Source of the DNA: Eledone cirrhosa
Taxonomy: Eukaryota
Length of the DNA stretch: 64,000 nucleotides
Assembly: GCA_964016885.1 (NCBI GenBank)
Contig: OZ024758.1
Location: 30,380,001 to 30,444,000 of the forward strand
Direction of reading: 5' to 3'
Shown piece after piece: positions 45,241-59,373 of the stretch (positions are counted from its first letter, which is position 1; each line of letters begins with the position of its first letter). The position numbers and the translations under genes were made by a program. The notes beneath the pieces are model-generated. The model did no database searches and was not told where the DNA came from. It worked only from the letters and a program-made list of their open reading frames with translations.

Positions 45241-48200
45241 ATAGAGTAATGTAAATGCTGAAGAGTTAATTTAATTCAGATGGTATTTTTCACTTTCAAC
45301 AATATCTTTAGTCACCAACTTAGTACTCAAAGCTTGGTCTTAAGCTGATATCAGTAGTGCTTCAGTCTATTTTGTAAGATTACTGCAGGAAAGCTAACCC
45401 CAGACATTGGTCACACAAATTAGCTATGCAATGACCTTCTCACTACTGCTCTTCTTTTTTTTTCCCAGAAACTCATCCCTAAAACTTTTCTTAACTTTCT
45501 AACTTTCCCCTTTCTAGGGCATTACTGCTGAGGCATACTGTTTATTATCATTATTACTTATCTAAACACCTAAAGTCTGTTTTAAACCATTTAAGGCTTG
45601 TTAGGCTTGTCCCGGTTTCATGGCGTGAAGCGACTGAGAGTACAAGACTTCCGCCTGGACAGGACACCAGTCCATTGCGGGGTTAAACCCCCAGCTATTG
45701 CTGGTACTTATTTTCAGGTGAGTATACTGGAGCAACGTGAAATGAAGTGTTTTGTTCAAGAACAACACACAACCCAGTCCAGGCATCGAACCCACGACAT
45801 TATGATCGTAAGTCCAACACCCTTACCATTGGCCACGTGCCTCCACACTACTTATCAAGTAGTAATCAATGGCTTGCTTCTCACTCCCAACACATTCTGT
45901 CACACTTATCAACCACCCTCCCCCAACTATGCATTTCATGTATGGCTGATTTAATACCTTATGTGTGTCCACCAATCTCAGTTGAAAAATGTTACTGATA
46001 ACAAGATCCTGTTTGGGTAGAACTTCAAGCTGTCTTTGGATATCGCTGATCTCTTCAGTGTTTATATTGTAGTTCACAAGTGTTCCAAGAAGGTCTAAGC
46101 TTTGTGTGGATTATCTGGTAAATATTTGTAGCACCATCATCCTTTAGGTTTTGGAAAGATTTCTTTTGATTTGTTTTCAAAGAGTCTGTTCTGTTGGAAT
46201 TGAAACATCCGTTGTGTATATTGTTACAGCTTTATACTCTTTAACCCTTTAGCATTTACATTACTCTATATATATATTATTGTATTTTTGTGGTAAAGGC
46301 TTTATCTCACATAATATCGAATCTGCAAGATTTTGATATTATTTATTTTGAGAACAATACCTTAATATCAGTATAAACGGCCAGTTATAGCCAGTTTGAA
46401 CAGAAAAAGGTGAGAGAATTCTGGCTGGATACGGCCAGTTTAAATGTATTCATTGTCTCACCTCTTCCATAATTGTACATAGACCTCATTCTCTAAGCTG
46501 GTATTTCCTGTTAAGCCAACAATCAATCCTGCTAAGATCTTCACGCAGTGTTTAAACATCTTTTTCTATTCTTCACTTTCATCCCTTTGTCATTTTTGCT
46601 TTTCCAGGATTATAGTCTACCCTTTCTTCAATGACAATTATTGCTGCCTGCTTGTAGAAGTTTTCTGGCTTCAGTTAAGTTCTCAGTTGCTTTTATCTCA
46701 AGAGTACCAATTATAACTTTCGTTTCCTTTTTCAATTCCCATCCTGGGACAGTCATGAGATTAGTTATGATGGGCATCACAGCTCGCGACATGATCTATT
46801 TTAGTCTATTGTTAACTTCTCAACAGTGGTGGATTGGCAGTATCACTAGAGTGTCAGACACCACGCTTCACGGCATAGAGTTACAGCTCTTTACATTCAG
46901 ATTTCAAATCTCAAGGTTAGCTTTATCTTTCACCCTTACGGGGTTGATAAAATAAAGTACCAGTAACGTACTGGGGTTGAATTAATCGACTTTCCCCTCC
47001 CGCCAAATTGTTGACCTTGTGCCTAAATCAGAAACCCAAACTGTTAACTTCTAGATTATTTAAATATGTCTAATCTCTTACTCTTAAAATCTGATCACTT
47101 GTCTCCTAATCTCCTCAATTTCCATTAGAATTATCTTGATGTAATATTGATTACATTCATGTCATTTCAATCTTTATGTCAATATATGTCATTATTTTTT
47201 TCAGTTTCTTTCAAGGCTATGTTTTGGTCTCGTGGAATATAAATTATCTGGCATTTAAACATATTTCTGTGCATAACTACAATATCATGAGTGTTGTGAT
47301 GAAGCCTGCAGTATTTGTGAATAGCAAAGTCCCAAAGAATCTTCACTTTGTCTCTGTCATCAGGGACATTTTCTGGGAGATGTTAGACACTTGATATCGA
47401 TATCTTATGTACAATGACCAGTGAAAATACATACAGATCTTGTTATGTCATCTTTTGCACACATTCACTGTGGGTGACCTTTTCTGCATTAATTTCACAC
47501 TTTCACTGATATGATATATGCCTTTAATCACCAAAGTACTTATTATTATAATTATCGTTAATCAGGCAATGGATTGGCAGTATCAGTACAGCATTGGACA
47601 TCATGCTTTGCAACATAAAGTTATGGCCCTTTATGTTCTGAGTTTAAATCCCGCTGAGGTTAACTTTGCCTTTCATCCTTATGGGGTTGATAAAATAAAG
47701 CACCAGTAATACACTGGGATAATTGCTGGCTTTGTGCCAAAAGTAGAAACAATTATTACAATTATCATAATTATTTTTATTATCATTATTATTATCTAAA
47801 CATATTATCATTATTATTATGTAAACATGGTTGGTGTTAGGAAGGGCATCCAGCAATTGTAAAAACCTAGCCAAAAAACGGTCCTGTGTGGCCAACTGGC
47901 TAGACCTACCTCATAGCAGGACCACCCAATTCCACACTGTAAACGTGGTTGGTGTTAGGAAGGGCATCCAGCTGTAAAAACCACAGCCAAAATACAGTTC
48001 CGTTTGAGCAAGGTATGGCGCGGCCAACTGGCCAAACTTGTCTTATAACGAGGAAGACCCGTTTAACCCATGCAAGCATGGAAAAAAATAGTCGTTAAAC
48101 GGTGATGATGATGATTATCCAGCTGAAGAGGTCAATGAGTGACCAGAAAACAATGCTCACTTTCTATAGAGGTTAGTAGAGGAAATGGATACATCTAGAT

Positions 48201-48802
48201 ATTAGCTAAATCTACAGTGAAAATTAAACTGCCACATCCCCTTAGTGAGGAAGGGCAGCAAGTTTTCTTCTGCACTGTGTCTATGGTGAAAGAAGTTTTG
48301 TGGTGGGCATGAGCAAAAGATTTGAGGACAGGAATTTTGCTCTCTGGCCAAGAGGAAGGTGAGAGTTGAGAGGGAGGTTTTAGTGAGATTGTTGGAAATC
48401 TATCATATTTATCTATTATTACATTTGTTTTGATATAAACCCCCCTTTGTGATGTAATTTTTCCTGGAATTGTCTCCAACGTCTTGGGTCCATTTGTGAC
48501 CAATAAAAGAAATTATCATCATCATCATCATCATCATTATTATTATCGGTAGAGTGTTGGACAACATGCTTTACGGCATTGAGTTACAGTCCTTTATGTT
48601 CTGAGCTCAAATCCCGCTGAGGTTAGCTTTACCTTCCATCCTCACAAAGTCGATAAAATAAAGTACCAGTAACGTACTGGGGTTGATTTAATTGACTTTC
48701 CCCGCCCCACCAAAAAATTGTTTGCCTTGTGCTTAAAGCAGAAACCATTATCATTGTTATTAATGTCATCATTATTATCAATATTATTATTATTATTATT
48801 AT

Positions 48803-49106
48803 TGTTCTTTGAGTGTCAGTCATTGATGTTAGTTAACTGGAAAGTTTGTTGAAATGAATATCAAGCCACTACCTGCAGCCTCAGATATTCAGGACGTATC
48901 GGAGGGTTCTTGCTGTTCCCAGCAAGCATGCCTTTTGAAGCGTTCCAAAAAGCGTGAAGGGGCCAATTTTCTTTAACCATCCCTGGAAACTTTTTGAGCT
49001 AGTACCCAGTGCGCCTATGACAATCGGGACCACTTTGACTTCATGGCAGTTCCAAATCCTTTTTACCTCCCACTTTAAGTCCTGGTATCGGTTAATTTTC
49101 TCCCTC
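48803..49106 (-). mobile_element. 5'-truncated Dong/R4-clade (RLE) retrotransposon in a (TAA)n repeat
   Basis: Open reading REKINRYQDLKWEVKRIWNCHEVKVVPIVIGALG...LQKACLLGTARTLRYVLNI*, the R4/Dong C-terminus. (TAA)n on both sides. Confidence 0.88.
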
Positions 49107-49332
49107 TATTATTATTATTATTATTGGTCTAAGCGGACGTATTTTGCTCGCTCACAGTAAGTCGTTTTATTTGCCTGTTTAAATTATTTGTTGTTAAATA
49201 TTTCTTGTTGTGTAAGGGATATAAGCCCTTAGACTTTGCCCCGTGAAGGGGAAAGTATAATATTTGGGCCTTTTGGCCCAAATATTTGAACTTTTTTTTT
49301 ACATGTTAAAAAATTTACGAAGGAAAAAAAAC

Positions 49333-51312
49333 ATGGCTGAGCCACGCGCCCCGGCGATATGTCGGCTGTCGTGCGACAACGACGTAGAAGTTGAGAGGAG
49401 CGCTACAACGAAATTAACACACATTGATAACACAAACACCACCACAAACAAGGCAAACAAAGACACCAATGATACCAATAAGAACACTAATTTTGAAAAA
49501 AATGACAGTAACAGCGACAACGAAAATACAGATAACAAAAAAAAAAATAACAAATACAACAACAATATCAACACCACTAACATGAAAACAAATAGCGACA
49601 ACACCAACAGCAACAATACCAACTGCACCGAGAACAACGGTGGCAACAAAGACAACAATGATAACAGCGACAGTGCTAACAACAACACCAACAAGAACAA
49701 CGTCAACAACACCCCCAACGAAAACAAGACCACTTTCGCTGCGGCAGCAGCAAAAAAAGAGGCCATGCTTCAACATGGACCTCTCAAACAAAGATGAAAA
49801 GTTGGCCCAGGCATGGAAGCTCATCAAGCAAGAGCAAACTTGGGCCAACTTAACTGTCCCGATAGAAGCTATTGAGGCAGTGGAGCGCAAAACGGTGCAT
49901 TATAGATGCATCTCAGCACAAACCAAAAGGGCAGCGTTAATCCCACAAGAAGATGTCGAAGTCGCGCTGAGGTGCATCAGAGAAGACACCCAGTACATAG
50001 AGAGGGGCAGACAGTACGGCACCATTTCGGTGTTGTTCAAGTCAGAAGCCCTCGCTATGAAACACGCTATGACTCCTTGCAAAACCAGCAAGGTCATAAT
50101 GTACCCCTCCCACATGGGAAAAAGAACGGCCCGTCTCCGCATTCCCAGAATCTCACCAGGACTTGACATGTGGTGGCTTCTGGGATGTGTGATTGTGGAG
50201 GGGACAGATACAGTCCCTATAGAAGTGACCAGAACGGCCAGAGAGGACTGGTCCGGGGTTGACCTGGAGATCCTTCTCCAGATCAGGCCCGAAAATGTGA
50301 AGACAATCCCAGACTACATCCGCCTTCAGAATGGGACGGTCATTCACATTATGACCGAAGGCAAAAGGCCGCAGTGTTTTGTTTGTGGGGAAAAAACCCA
50401 TTTGCGAGCCTTCTGTCCTCAACTGCGGAAAGAGGCAAGGGGTCGAAAGGCTCCACTGCTGCCGTCGCCGGGGAGAGGACCACAACCAACACCAGCACCG
50501 GCAAAACCACCAACAACAACACCAATAGAAAGACCACCACCAACATTGACCACCCAGGGGGGAAACGAGGAAAGCTGTCAAATTCCCCCTCCCCCCCAAA
50601 ATACACACACCAATAAAACCTTAAACATACATACAGACACACTTACAGACACAGACCCCTCATCTACCAGTAGTGAAAATGAGGGAAATCCCAAATCCCC
50701 CAAAATACAAAAAATGAAACACAAAAAGAAAAAAAATAATTCAACAAAGCACAAAAGCACCCACAAAAAAAAACCGCAGACACCACCCACGCAAACATCT
50801 CTCCAATAACACCAACATCACCATCACCATCACCATCACCATCATCCCCCAAACACAAACAACTGAAACAGACGTAAGAACAAATATACACACAAACATC
50901 TGAAACCACAGACACCGCACTCACAACAAACACAGATACAACCGAAACAACACCACCAAAACCATCACCACTACAGCCACGCAAACAAATAAAATCACAC
51001 CAACAAAACATACAAAACATCGTGCTCGTCAGGAGGGCCAACAAGGAACTGATGGCCCTCGTAGCACGAAGTGAAAATATACAAAAAGAGGAGGACATTT
51101 TTAAATCGAGCACATTTCGCGTGCCGGAAGATTTGGTTCTGGTGCGAATGTTGCTCGACATATTCAAAGAAATACGAGACAGCTTTCCTCGGGACGTGGG
51201 AACCCCGAACGTAAAACCCACTTCAAGACTTTTAAAGGAGTTCCCAAAAGAAACCCCACTAACTCTGGAGGTCGAACAACCCGACCTTCACAAGAGCCCG
51301 GAAGGTAAGTAA
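49333..51312 (+). pseudogene. Tx1 ORF1 (Asn/Thr-rich N-terminus, CCHC zinc knuckle), disrupted
   Basis: Split across ORFs 49264-49797, 49640-50809 and 51022-51312. Frameshift near the A-run at about 49752. Confidence 0.7.
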
Positions 51313-51329
51313 ACCTTCTCTCTCTGTTT

Positions 51330-52185
51330 AACTTGCCAAAATAGCCGTATTAAGAGTAGGATGTTTAAATGTTCGAGGCCTGGGATCGTCCTGGAAGCAG
51401 GGTGACCTGCTCAACGACCTCAGGTCTATAGAAATGGATGTAATTGCAGTCAGTGAGACCAGGATTTCCGACACGCGCGCACTAGCCCCCATTTTCGACG
51501 ACTATCAGATCTTTGCATCTGTTAGCCGGCCGGGAATGGAAGGCGGGGTGGCAGTGCTGTTTAGGAAAGGCCTGGATCTCGAGGTAAGGTCGATCTTCCG
51601 GGACCTGGACGGGTAGTTGGTGGTCCTGGACGTGAACAATAATGAAGGTGGTGCCTTTAGACTGGTGGCCGTCTATGCTCCTACTGGGGCAGGACGGCCG
51701 GACTTCTTTAGATGCCTGGAAGCCTTTCTGGGTACGTCTCGCCCTTTACTGTTAGCGGGGGACTGGAACAGCATCTTAGACGTACGCTGGGACTGTGTGG
51801 GAGTATCCGATAGGAGCGGGGGTGCAAAAGCCTCAAGAACCTGATCAGCCAGTTCCAACTGTCTGACAGATACTGACTAGATTTCCCTAATGCACCAGTG
51901 TGGAACTGGGCTAACCGCATAGGGTCATCTAGATCGTATATAGACAGGATATTCATTAGGAAAATAGACAGAAATAGTGTAAGCTGTCCACGTTTTGAAA
52001 CGGTCGCCTATTCAGATCACAAGTTTGTGATCTGTATGGTCGACCTAGATAAGACGCGTAGGTTAGGACCTGGTTACTGGAAGCTAAACATGTCATTTCT
52101 GGTACGTAACGCTTACAGGGACCAGGTCAACAATTTAGTTAAGAAAAAGTTGACAGGGGGAGTCGTCAACAATAGATGGTGGGCA
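51330..52185 (+). pseudogene. Tx1 ORF2 APE endonuclease domain, disrupted and truncated
   Basis: APE motifs across ORFs 51434, 51617 and 51898, with an in-frame TAG at 51614-51616 and a frameshift near 51830. Confidence 0.85.
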
Positions 52186-54026
52186 GTGAGTGCCTGGCAA
52201 CATTCCAGATGCCAGTCACCCAGTCTCGGTCTCTTCTTGACCCAGGACTGCAACTCAGTCAAAGAAACTAGCTGCGGAAAGACTCGTCTGACAAACGGCG
52301 ACCACACCTGTTCACCGTTTAGGCAGAATATCTGGAGATGCCGCAGCCTCAGTGCGTGCCTGCGCATCATTAGCCATGGCATGCCCAGCCCTCCACGTAG
52401 AGGGTGCTGGCAGCAGATGGACCGCCTCACCAGCGGAACATGACCCCTCCACAAGAATTTGAAGAGGAGCCGCTCCAAGATGGCAAATGTACTGGGGGGG
52501 CAGCACTTCTCTCGCCACCCTCACCTTCCTTTCCAAGTGAAACTTGAAAAAGTTGATGAGGGATTAGCCGAAGAGAAAAGTGTCTGTCTTCAGTCCTTTC
52601 AACCTCGTCCACCATACAACCTCTTTCGCTACTGCCACCAGACAGAGGAAAATTGCCTGCCCTTCCTGGCCAAAAGAAGGCGGCGGGTCGATCTTCACTA
52701 TGGACTCGGCCGATAGCCAGATCCGTTCTACACGCGACAACAGCTGTTCAACATAACTCCACAAGTCAGTAATGCACGGACACTGGACGAGTGCGTGCAG
52801 AACGGTTTCGTCGCTCTGCGCGCATCTCGGGCAGGTACGTCTGACAGCACTTCCGTGCCTGTAGAGTTTATCTCGAACCGGCAGTGCCCCCCAGTACATT
52901 TGCTGAAAGGTGGGTGAATGTGGCGAGAATGGCCCGTGTGAGTGAGCCTACTCTGGTCATGAGGCTGTAGGTAGGTAAATTTGAAGAGGAGAGGGGTGCC
53001 CTTCGAGGGTGCTCTCGAAGCATCGGGTCGTTCAAGACTGGTGGGGTACCTGAGCGAACCCTAGGTGGTCATCCCCCCTATTGGGGAATTTTTTTCTTGT
53101 AATTTTATTGTTACTTTATTGTTACTTTGTTTATTCATATTGTTTACTCGATTTTTCTGTAAAACCCCACTGTCCCAGTCTTTTGTATTGTCCCCTATAT
53201 GTCAGCCCTTGTGGCCAATAAATGAAATCATTATTATTATTATTATTATTATTACCTTTAGAATAATGTTACATACGTTTTTTCATAACGATGTGTGTTG
53301 AATGATTCTGAGTATTCAAGTATTTTCATGAATTGTTGAAGCTAGTCATTTTCATTTACTCTGTTCACAGTTCTGCTTGTTATAAGTCTGTTGTCAGTTT
53401 CCGTCAAGCCAATCTAGTTGCCAGAAATGCTAACGAAGCATTGATGACTATGACCCAGGCAGAGGTACAGCAATAATTAACATCATGGTTTTATTTTTAA
53501 ATATGCCAATTTTTCACGCCTACTTGTGTAAAATATCGTACATCTACTTAATGATTCTCTCATCAATACTTCGGCAAATACAGTGAGGAATTTTAATAAG
53601 ACTGAAACATATCTGGAGTTGCTTTCCATGCCTGCTGAAATTATTAAAATATTATTAGTCATAGAGCTAATGTCATTTCCTCACCACATAATTATTTTTA
53701 ATTAGGTTTTTTAAATTCTCCCTGCAGAAATATGTTAACACACATTTAACTACAGCAGTAGAAAGATTTATTAGTAGAGATGGTAGTAGTAAAAGTACAA
53801 GCTTTTACAGTATGCAGCTTACAGCTATGTCATTCAATGTGAAAATAGTGTTAGAGCAATGGTCTGTTGCACACAGTAAGAAAGAAAAAGAATAAAAACA
53901 AACAAATATACACAAAGATAAAGAAAAAAGTGTGATAAAAAAAGATAAAAGTAGAAAGATGAGGACGAGTCATTTATAGCATTTATAGTGTAACTTAGTA
54001 ACTTACATCTCACATCATCTAGTCAG

Positions 54027-54106
<80 letters not shown>
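54027..54106. repeat. (GT)n(GA)n compound microsatellite
   Basis: Direct inspection. Confidence 0.95.
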
Positions 54107-54109
<3 letters not shown>

Positions 54110-54469
54110 GTTATATTTTGCACACAGTGGGAAAAAATAGTTATTTTGAGAATTAGAAAACAGCTTTCCCAGTGAAAGTAAAAACAAAAACAAAATCATT
54201 TCAAATCAGTTTTTCTGAACTTTTTAATGGCTATTGTAGAGAAAAGCATATTTTAGAGTTGGTATTTGATGGCTGATTACCTTCCTGTAACTATTCAAAT
54301 CCCCCCCAAAGTCAACCATGCCTTTCATCCTTCTAAGGAGGATAAAATAAAATACCAATCAAGTATTTGGTTGATCTTTCCCATGAAAATATACTAGTAA
54401 ATATAGAGTAATGTAAATGCTAATACTGTTAATTTAATTTTCAATGACTTATTTCATAAAAGCTTGAAT

Positions 54470-54765
54470 TAAACTTGTTTCTATTCATTAGTTTTGAAGA
54501 CATGCTCTCTTAAAACTTGTTTCTATTCATTAGTTTTGAAGACATGCTCTCTTAAAACTTGTTTCTATTCATTAGTTTTGAAGACATGCTCTCTTAAAAC
54601 TTGTTTCTATTCATTAGTTTTGAAGAGATGCTCTCTTAAAACTTGTTTCTATTCATTAGTTTTGAAGACATGCTCTCTTAAAACTTGTTTCTATTCATTA
54701 GTTTTGAAGAGATGCTCTCTTAAAACTTGTTCCTATTCATTAATCTGGAAGACATGGTCTCTCAA
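54470..54765. repeat. 42-bp minisatellite, about 7 copies
   Basis: TAAAACTTGTTTCTATTCATTAGTTTTGAAGACATGCTCTCT. Explains the 14-aa periodic ORF at 54494. Confidence 0.93.
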
Positions 54766-55350
54766 AAACCCATATTGATGTTAGGAAAAAGTACTGCATT
54801 ATTCTATGTATTGCCTGCATTCATGTATAACGCGCACCTCTTTTTGATCAGTAAAATGTCTGGAAAAGTCTAATTTTGGTGTATAACATTTACTTAAGGT
54901 TTATACTACACTCCTGCCAGAAAAACAAGGTAAAAAGTGAAAATAACTGCATGATATACACAGAAGGGTACAGTATGTGTTAAACCTCTAGTGTTAACAT
55001 ATTTAATGTATGGCTTGGTTTGAGAATTGGACTTGCAATCCTGTGGTTGCAAGTTTTGATTCCCAGACAGAGCAGTGCATCATGTCCTTCAGCAAGACAT
55101 TTTATTTCCTGTTGCTCTTTCTGCAAGGAGTTGCAACTGGTAGATAGTATTAGCAATGGAAAAACCAATGGAAATATTGTTTTCTTGGTCTGATTGGACA
55201 ATTTCCACTCCCCTCAGTAAGCGAATGAGGTCTGGGATTTTGTCGATTGTTAAAAAAAAACATTAAAAAGAATAAAATTAGCAGTGGGAGTGGGGTGGGG
55301 GAAAATTCTCTGAAAGCATGGTAACCAAAGTAAAAACAAGCTGGAAGAAG

Positions 55351-55579
55351 TTAACCCTTTAGCATTTAAACCAGCCGTATCTGGCCAGAACTCTCTCACC
55401 TCTTTCTGTTCAAACTGGCTGTAACTGGCCACTCATACCAACATTAAGGTATTGTTCTCAAAATAAATAACATCAAAATCTCATAGATTCGATTTTATGT
55501 GAGATAATTATGTAAGGTAAAGCCTTTACTGTGAAAATACAATAGTAAATATAGAATAAAGTAAATGCTAAAGGGTTAA
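55351..55579 (+). mobile_element. piggyBac-type MITE (reference copy)
   Basis: TTAA-CCCTTTAGCATTTA...TAAATGCTAAAGGG-TTAA. Other copies at 28458-28673, 30694-30910, 44059-44264(-), 44261-44458, 44721-44885, 46241-46447(-) and 38332-43282(-). Confidence 0.88.
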
Positions 55580-55787
55580 GAGGGCCAGTTCCTTTACTGA
55601 CAACAAAGGGCTTCTTTTACAGAGTGAAGGGTAGACTATAATGTTCATGTACGGACTGCAATACAACATGGCAGTGAGTCACGGGCCTTAACTGCAGAAG
55701 ACTTATGAAGGTTAGAAAAAAAAAATGAAGTGAGCTTGCTCTGATAGATGTGTAAAGTTAGTGTACATGAATAATGTAGTAGAAACT

Positions 55788-58700
55788 TTTCTGGGTGGAG
55801 TAGGAATTATATTAGCATAAAAATGGATAGATAAGGTAATTGCTGTAAATAGGGGTGAACGACAGAATAATTAAAATAAGACTAGTCCTAAATAGAACTA
55901 CTGTGACAATAATATCCGCTTATGCACCCCAATCTGGACTACCTGATGTTATAAAAGACAGATTCTATGAGTCGCTAATGCTCACTACCTCCCAAATAAC
56001 CGACAGTGACTACATAATTATTGTTGGCGACCTAAATGGTCATGTTGGACAACATTGTGATGGCTATGACGGAATCCATGGAGGCTACGGGTTTGGTACT
56101 AGAAATGAGGAAGGCTTCAGAATCCTGGAATTCTGTGACACTAATAACCTAACTATCTGTAACACAAACTTAAAAAAACGAGACAATCACTTGATCACCT
56201 ATAGATCAGGGGAATACGCTAGTCAGATAGATTATATCCTTACTAGAAGACGTGACAAAGCGTCTGTTGTAAACACTAATCCCTCCCCAGTGAAAAATGC
56301 ACCTCCCAACATAGCCTCATAATTAGTGACCTCATAGTCAGGACGAGATGTACTTGACGACAGAGGAGGACTACCCTGAGGAGAAGAATATGGAAGTTAA
56401 ACGACCCCACAGCCAGTAACAAATTTAAAAGCATATTACTTGATGCTTTTGACAGTAAGGAAGAGCAATTAGAGATGTACAGTATAGAGGAACAGTGGGA
56501 ATTCTTGAAAGTTAACCTGCTGAAAGTGACAGATGAAGTCTGTGGCTGGAGCAGACCTATAGGAAGGAGGAGAGTAACTTGGTGGTGGAACAGTAAGGTG
56601 GAGGAGTCAATCAAGGCGGCCACAAAGCAGGCTTGGAAAGCATGGCGAGATGGGGAAAGTAGAGAACACTATCAAGTGGCCAGGAGGGAAGCTAGGAGAC
56701 AAGTGTACCTTGCAAGAAGGGAAGCAGAGAAAAGAAAGTTCAAGCATGTTCTACAACGCGAGGTGTTCAGGATTGCAAGACAATGTATCAAGGAAAACAG
56801 TGATATTGTCGGGGAGAAGTGTGTCCGTAATGATGATGGTGTACTTGCCATTACTGATGCTGATAAGAAGGTAGCTTGGAAGTGTCACTACGTGAGACTA
56901 CTAAATGAGGAGAATAAATGGGAAAAAGATAGTCTGCCCCAAATCGACCCAATAGAGGGACCAGCCGTGCAAGTTGAAGGTAGTATAATAAGTAAGGCAA
57001 TCAAAGATATGAAGACAGGCAAGGCAGCTGGGCCTTCAGAGATAGTTGCTGAGATGTTAAAGGCATCTGAAATGGTGGGACATACTATGGTCACCTGTAT
57101 AGTTAACTAAGTAATACAGAATGGGGTCATACCAAAAGACTGGCGTAGCAGCATCATCATTAACTGCTACAAGGGTAAAGGGGATGCTCGAGATAGGGGA
57201 AACTATAGAGGCATTAAATTAGTTGACCAGGTCATGAAGGTCACAGAAAGAGTTTTAGCGCAACTAATCAGAGAGCGCATTGATCTAGATGAAATGCAGT
57301 TTGGGTTTGTGTCAGGTAAAAGTACCATAGACGCTCTTCTTGTACGACAACTAGAGGAGAAGTACCTAGCTAAAAGTAAACCCCTCTACTTAGCTTTTGT
57401 TGACTTGGAGAAAGCCTTTGACAGAGTCCCCCACTCCATTATATGGTGGGCTCTTAGAAAACTAGGTGTGAGAGCTATAGAAGGCATGTATAAAGAAACA
57501 GTCAGCAAGGTTAGAATTAACAACGAATATAGTGAAGAATTTAGCATAAAAGTTGGTGTTCATCAAGGCTCTGTCTTTAGCCCCCTCCTATTTATTATTG
57601 CCCTTCAGGCTATAACAGAGGAGTTCAAGACCGGCTGCTCATGGGAACTTCTATATGCTGATGATCTAACTCTCATAGCTGAATCGATGGCTGAACTAGA
57701 GAAGAAATTCCAAACATGGAAGCATGGTCTAGAATCAAAAGGCCTTAACGTTAACTTGTCTAAGACTAAAGTTCTAGTATATAGAAAGGAAAATAGCCAT
57801 GCTCACTGTGTATGGAAGGAGTAGACAGAAATTCCATATTATGTCCCAAATGCAAACTATGGGTACATAAAGGATGTAGTGGGTTCACAGGTAAGCTATC
57901 TAAGAACATAGACTTTATGTGTGGCCGATGCTCAGGTGCAATAAGTAGCAAGTACCCACAGGATACTAGCTCCTTCTATTGCCCAGATGGTTCCATAGAA
58001 ATAGTGGACAACTTCCGTTACCTGGGTGACAAAATCAGCAGTGGTGGAGGGTGCTCCGAAAGTACAGTAGCCAGAGTCAGAATGGGATGGAAAAAGTTCA
58101 GAGAGCTTATACCACTATTGGCCATTAAAGGTTTCTCTCTAAAAATGAAAGGCAGACTGTATGATGCCTGCATACGAACAGCAATGTTACATGGCAGTGA
58201 GACTTGGGCATTGTGTGCAGACTGGAGAGAAATGAAGCATGCATGCTCCATTGGATGTGTAATAGTAATATACGTGAACGGCAAAGCATAAATGAACTAA
58301 GTGAGAAATTAGGAATAAAAGGGATCAGATGCTGTTTACTTGAGAGAAGACTACGTTGGTATGGTCACGTGATGCGCATGAAAGACGACAGCTGTATAAA
58401 AAAATGCAGGGTGATCAAAATTGATGGAAGTTATGGAGTAGCCAGACCCAGAAAAACCTGGGACGATTTGATAAATTCCGACCTTACACACTTCTCTAAG
58501 ACAATGTCACTGGACCGAGAATTTTGGCGCTGTAAAGTATTACAGAAGACCCGCCTTGCCTATGTACATAGCGAAACCTACAGTCAGTAGGCACCTCTTA
58601 ACCAAATATACACCCCCATCCCACTACCCCTACTCCCACCAACACCACCCTCTCTCTGTAAAGTTATGTTGGTACCACAACATCCAGTCCAAAATATATG

Positions 58701-58965
58701 CGGGCGTGTAGGTGTCACAACAAAAAAACACACAGTCCACGCTGTAATGTAGCCGTGTAGGTAACACGGTACAAACCTCCCAGTCCACACTGTAAACTTG
58801 GTTGGTGTTAGGAAGGGCATCCAGCCGTAGAAAACCCGCCAGACAGTCCTATACGAGCGAGACACGGTCTCCCGACCAATCTTGCTTCAAGTGGGACAAT
58901 TCCCGTCTAAACCCATGCTAGCGTTGAAGATAGACGTTAAACGATGATGATGATGATGATGATGA
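55788..58965 (+). mobile_element. RTE-clade LINE, near full length, pseudogenised by stops and frameshifts
   Basis: APE motifs ISAYAPQSG, VGDLNGHVG, SQIDYIL. RT motifs AFVDLEKAFDRVP, GVHQGSVFSPLLF, LLYADDL. C-terminus RRLRWYGHVMRM...RPRKTW. (GAT)n tail. Confidence 0.93.
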
Positions 58966-59373
58966 TGTTGATGAAGCAAGCTAAGAGAACAACTTGTTAA
59001 ATGAGGAATTATGCAAGAGAGAAAATTGCATTGGTATAGACAAGTGATGATATGGAGGATTGCAGCTGTATAAAGAAATGCAGAGAGATCTCAGTTGATG
59101 GGACCCAGAGTAGAGGTAGACCTAGGAAGATATAGGATGTGGTAGTGAGGACTGACCTTAGGAAGTAACGGCTGAGATGTCAAAGGACTGTGAGGATTGG
59201 TGACATGGTATTGGAGATGACTTGTGATCTAGTCATGTCCCAACCACTATCACTTCTTAGTAGCTATTCTCATCATCACTGGTACACCTCCCTACACATA
59301 CCATTTTAAACTTACCTTATATTATATTATATTATATTATTTCTGATTTCACCCCGCCTGTCCCCTCAATCTT

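Larger units (their letters stand above)
49126..53229 (+). mobile_element. Tx1/L1-group LINE, rearranged: ORF1 frameshifted, RT deleted, internal inversions
   Basis: ORF1 from ATG 49333 with CCHC knuckle CFVCGEKTHLRAFC. APE motifs CLNVRGL, AVSETR, VYAP, AGDWN, YIDRIF, SDH, GPGYWKLN. Minus-strand pieces LERLLFKFLW...GGLGMP and CPRCAQSDETVLHALVQC. Plus-strand C-terminus FAERWVNVARM...RL*, AATAAA and (ATT)n. Confidence 0.9.

Noticed and set aside
54494-54778. 94-aa Cys-containing repeat ORF
   Set aside because: In-frame translation of the 42-bp minisatellite, with a TTG start and no splice support.
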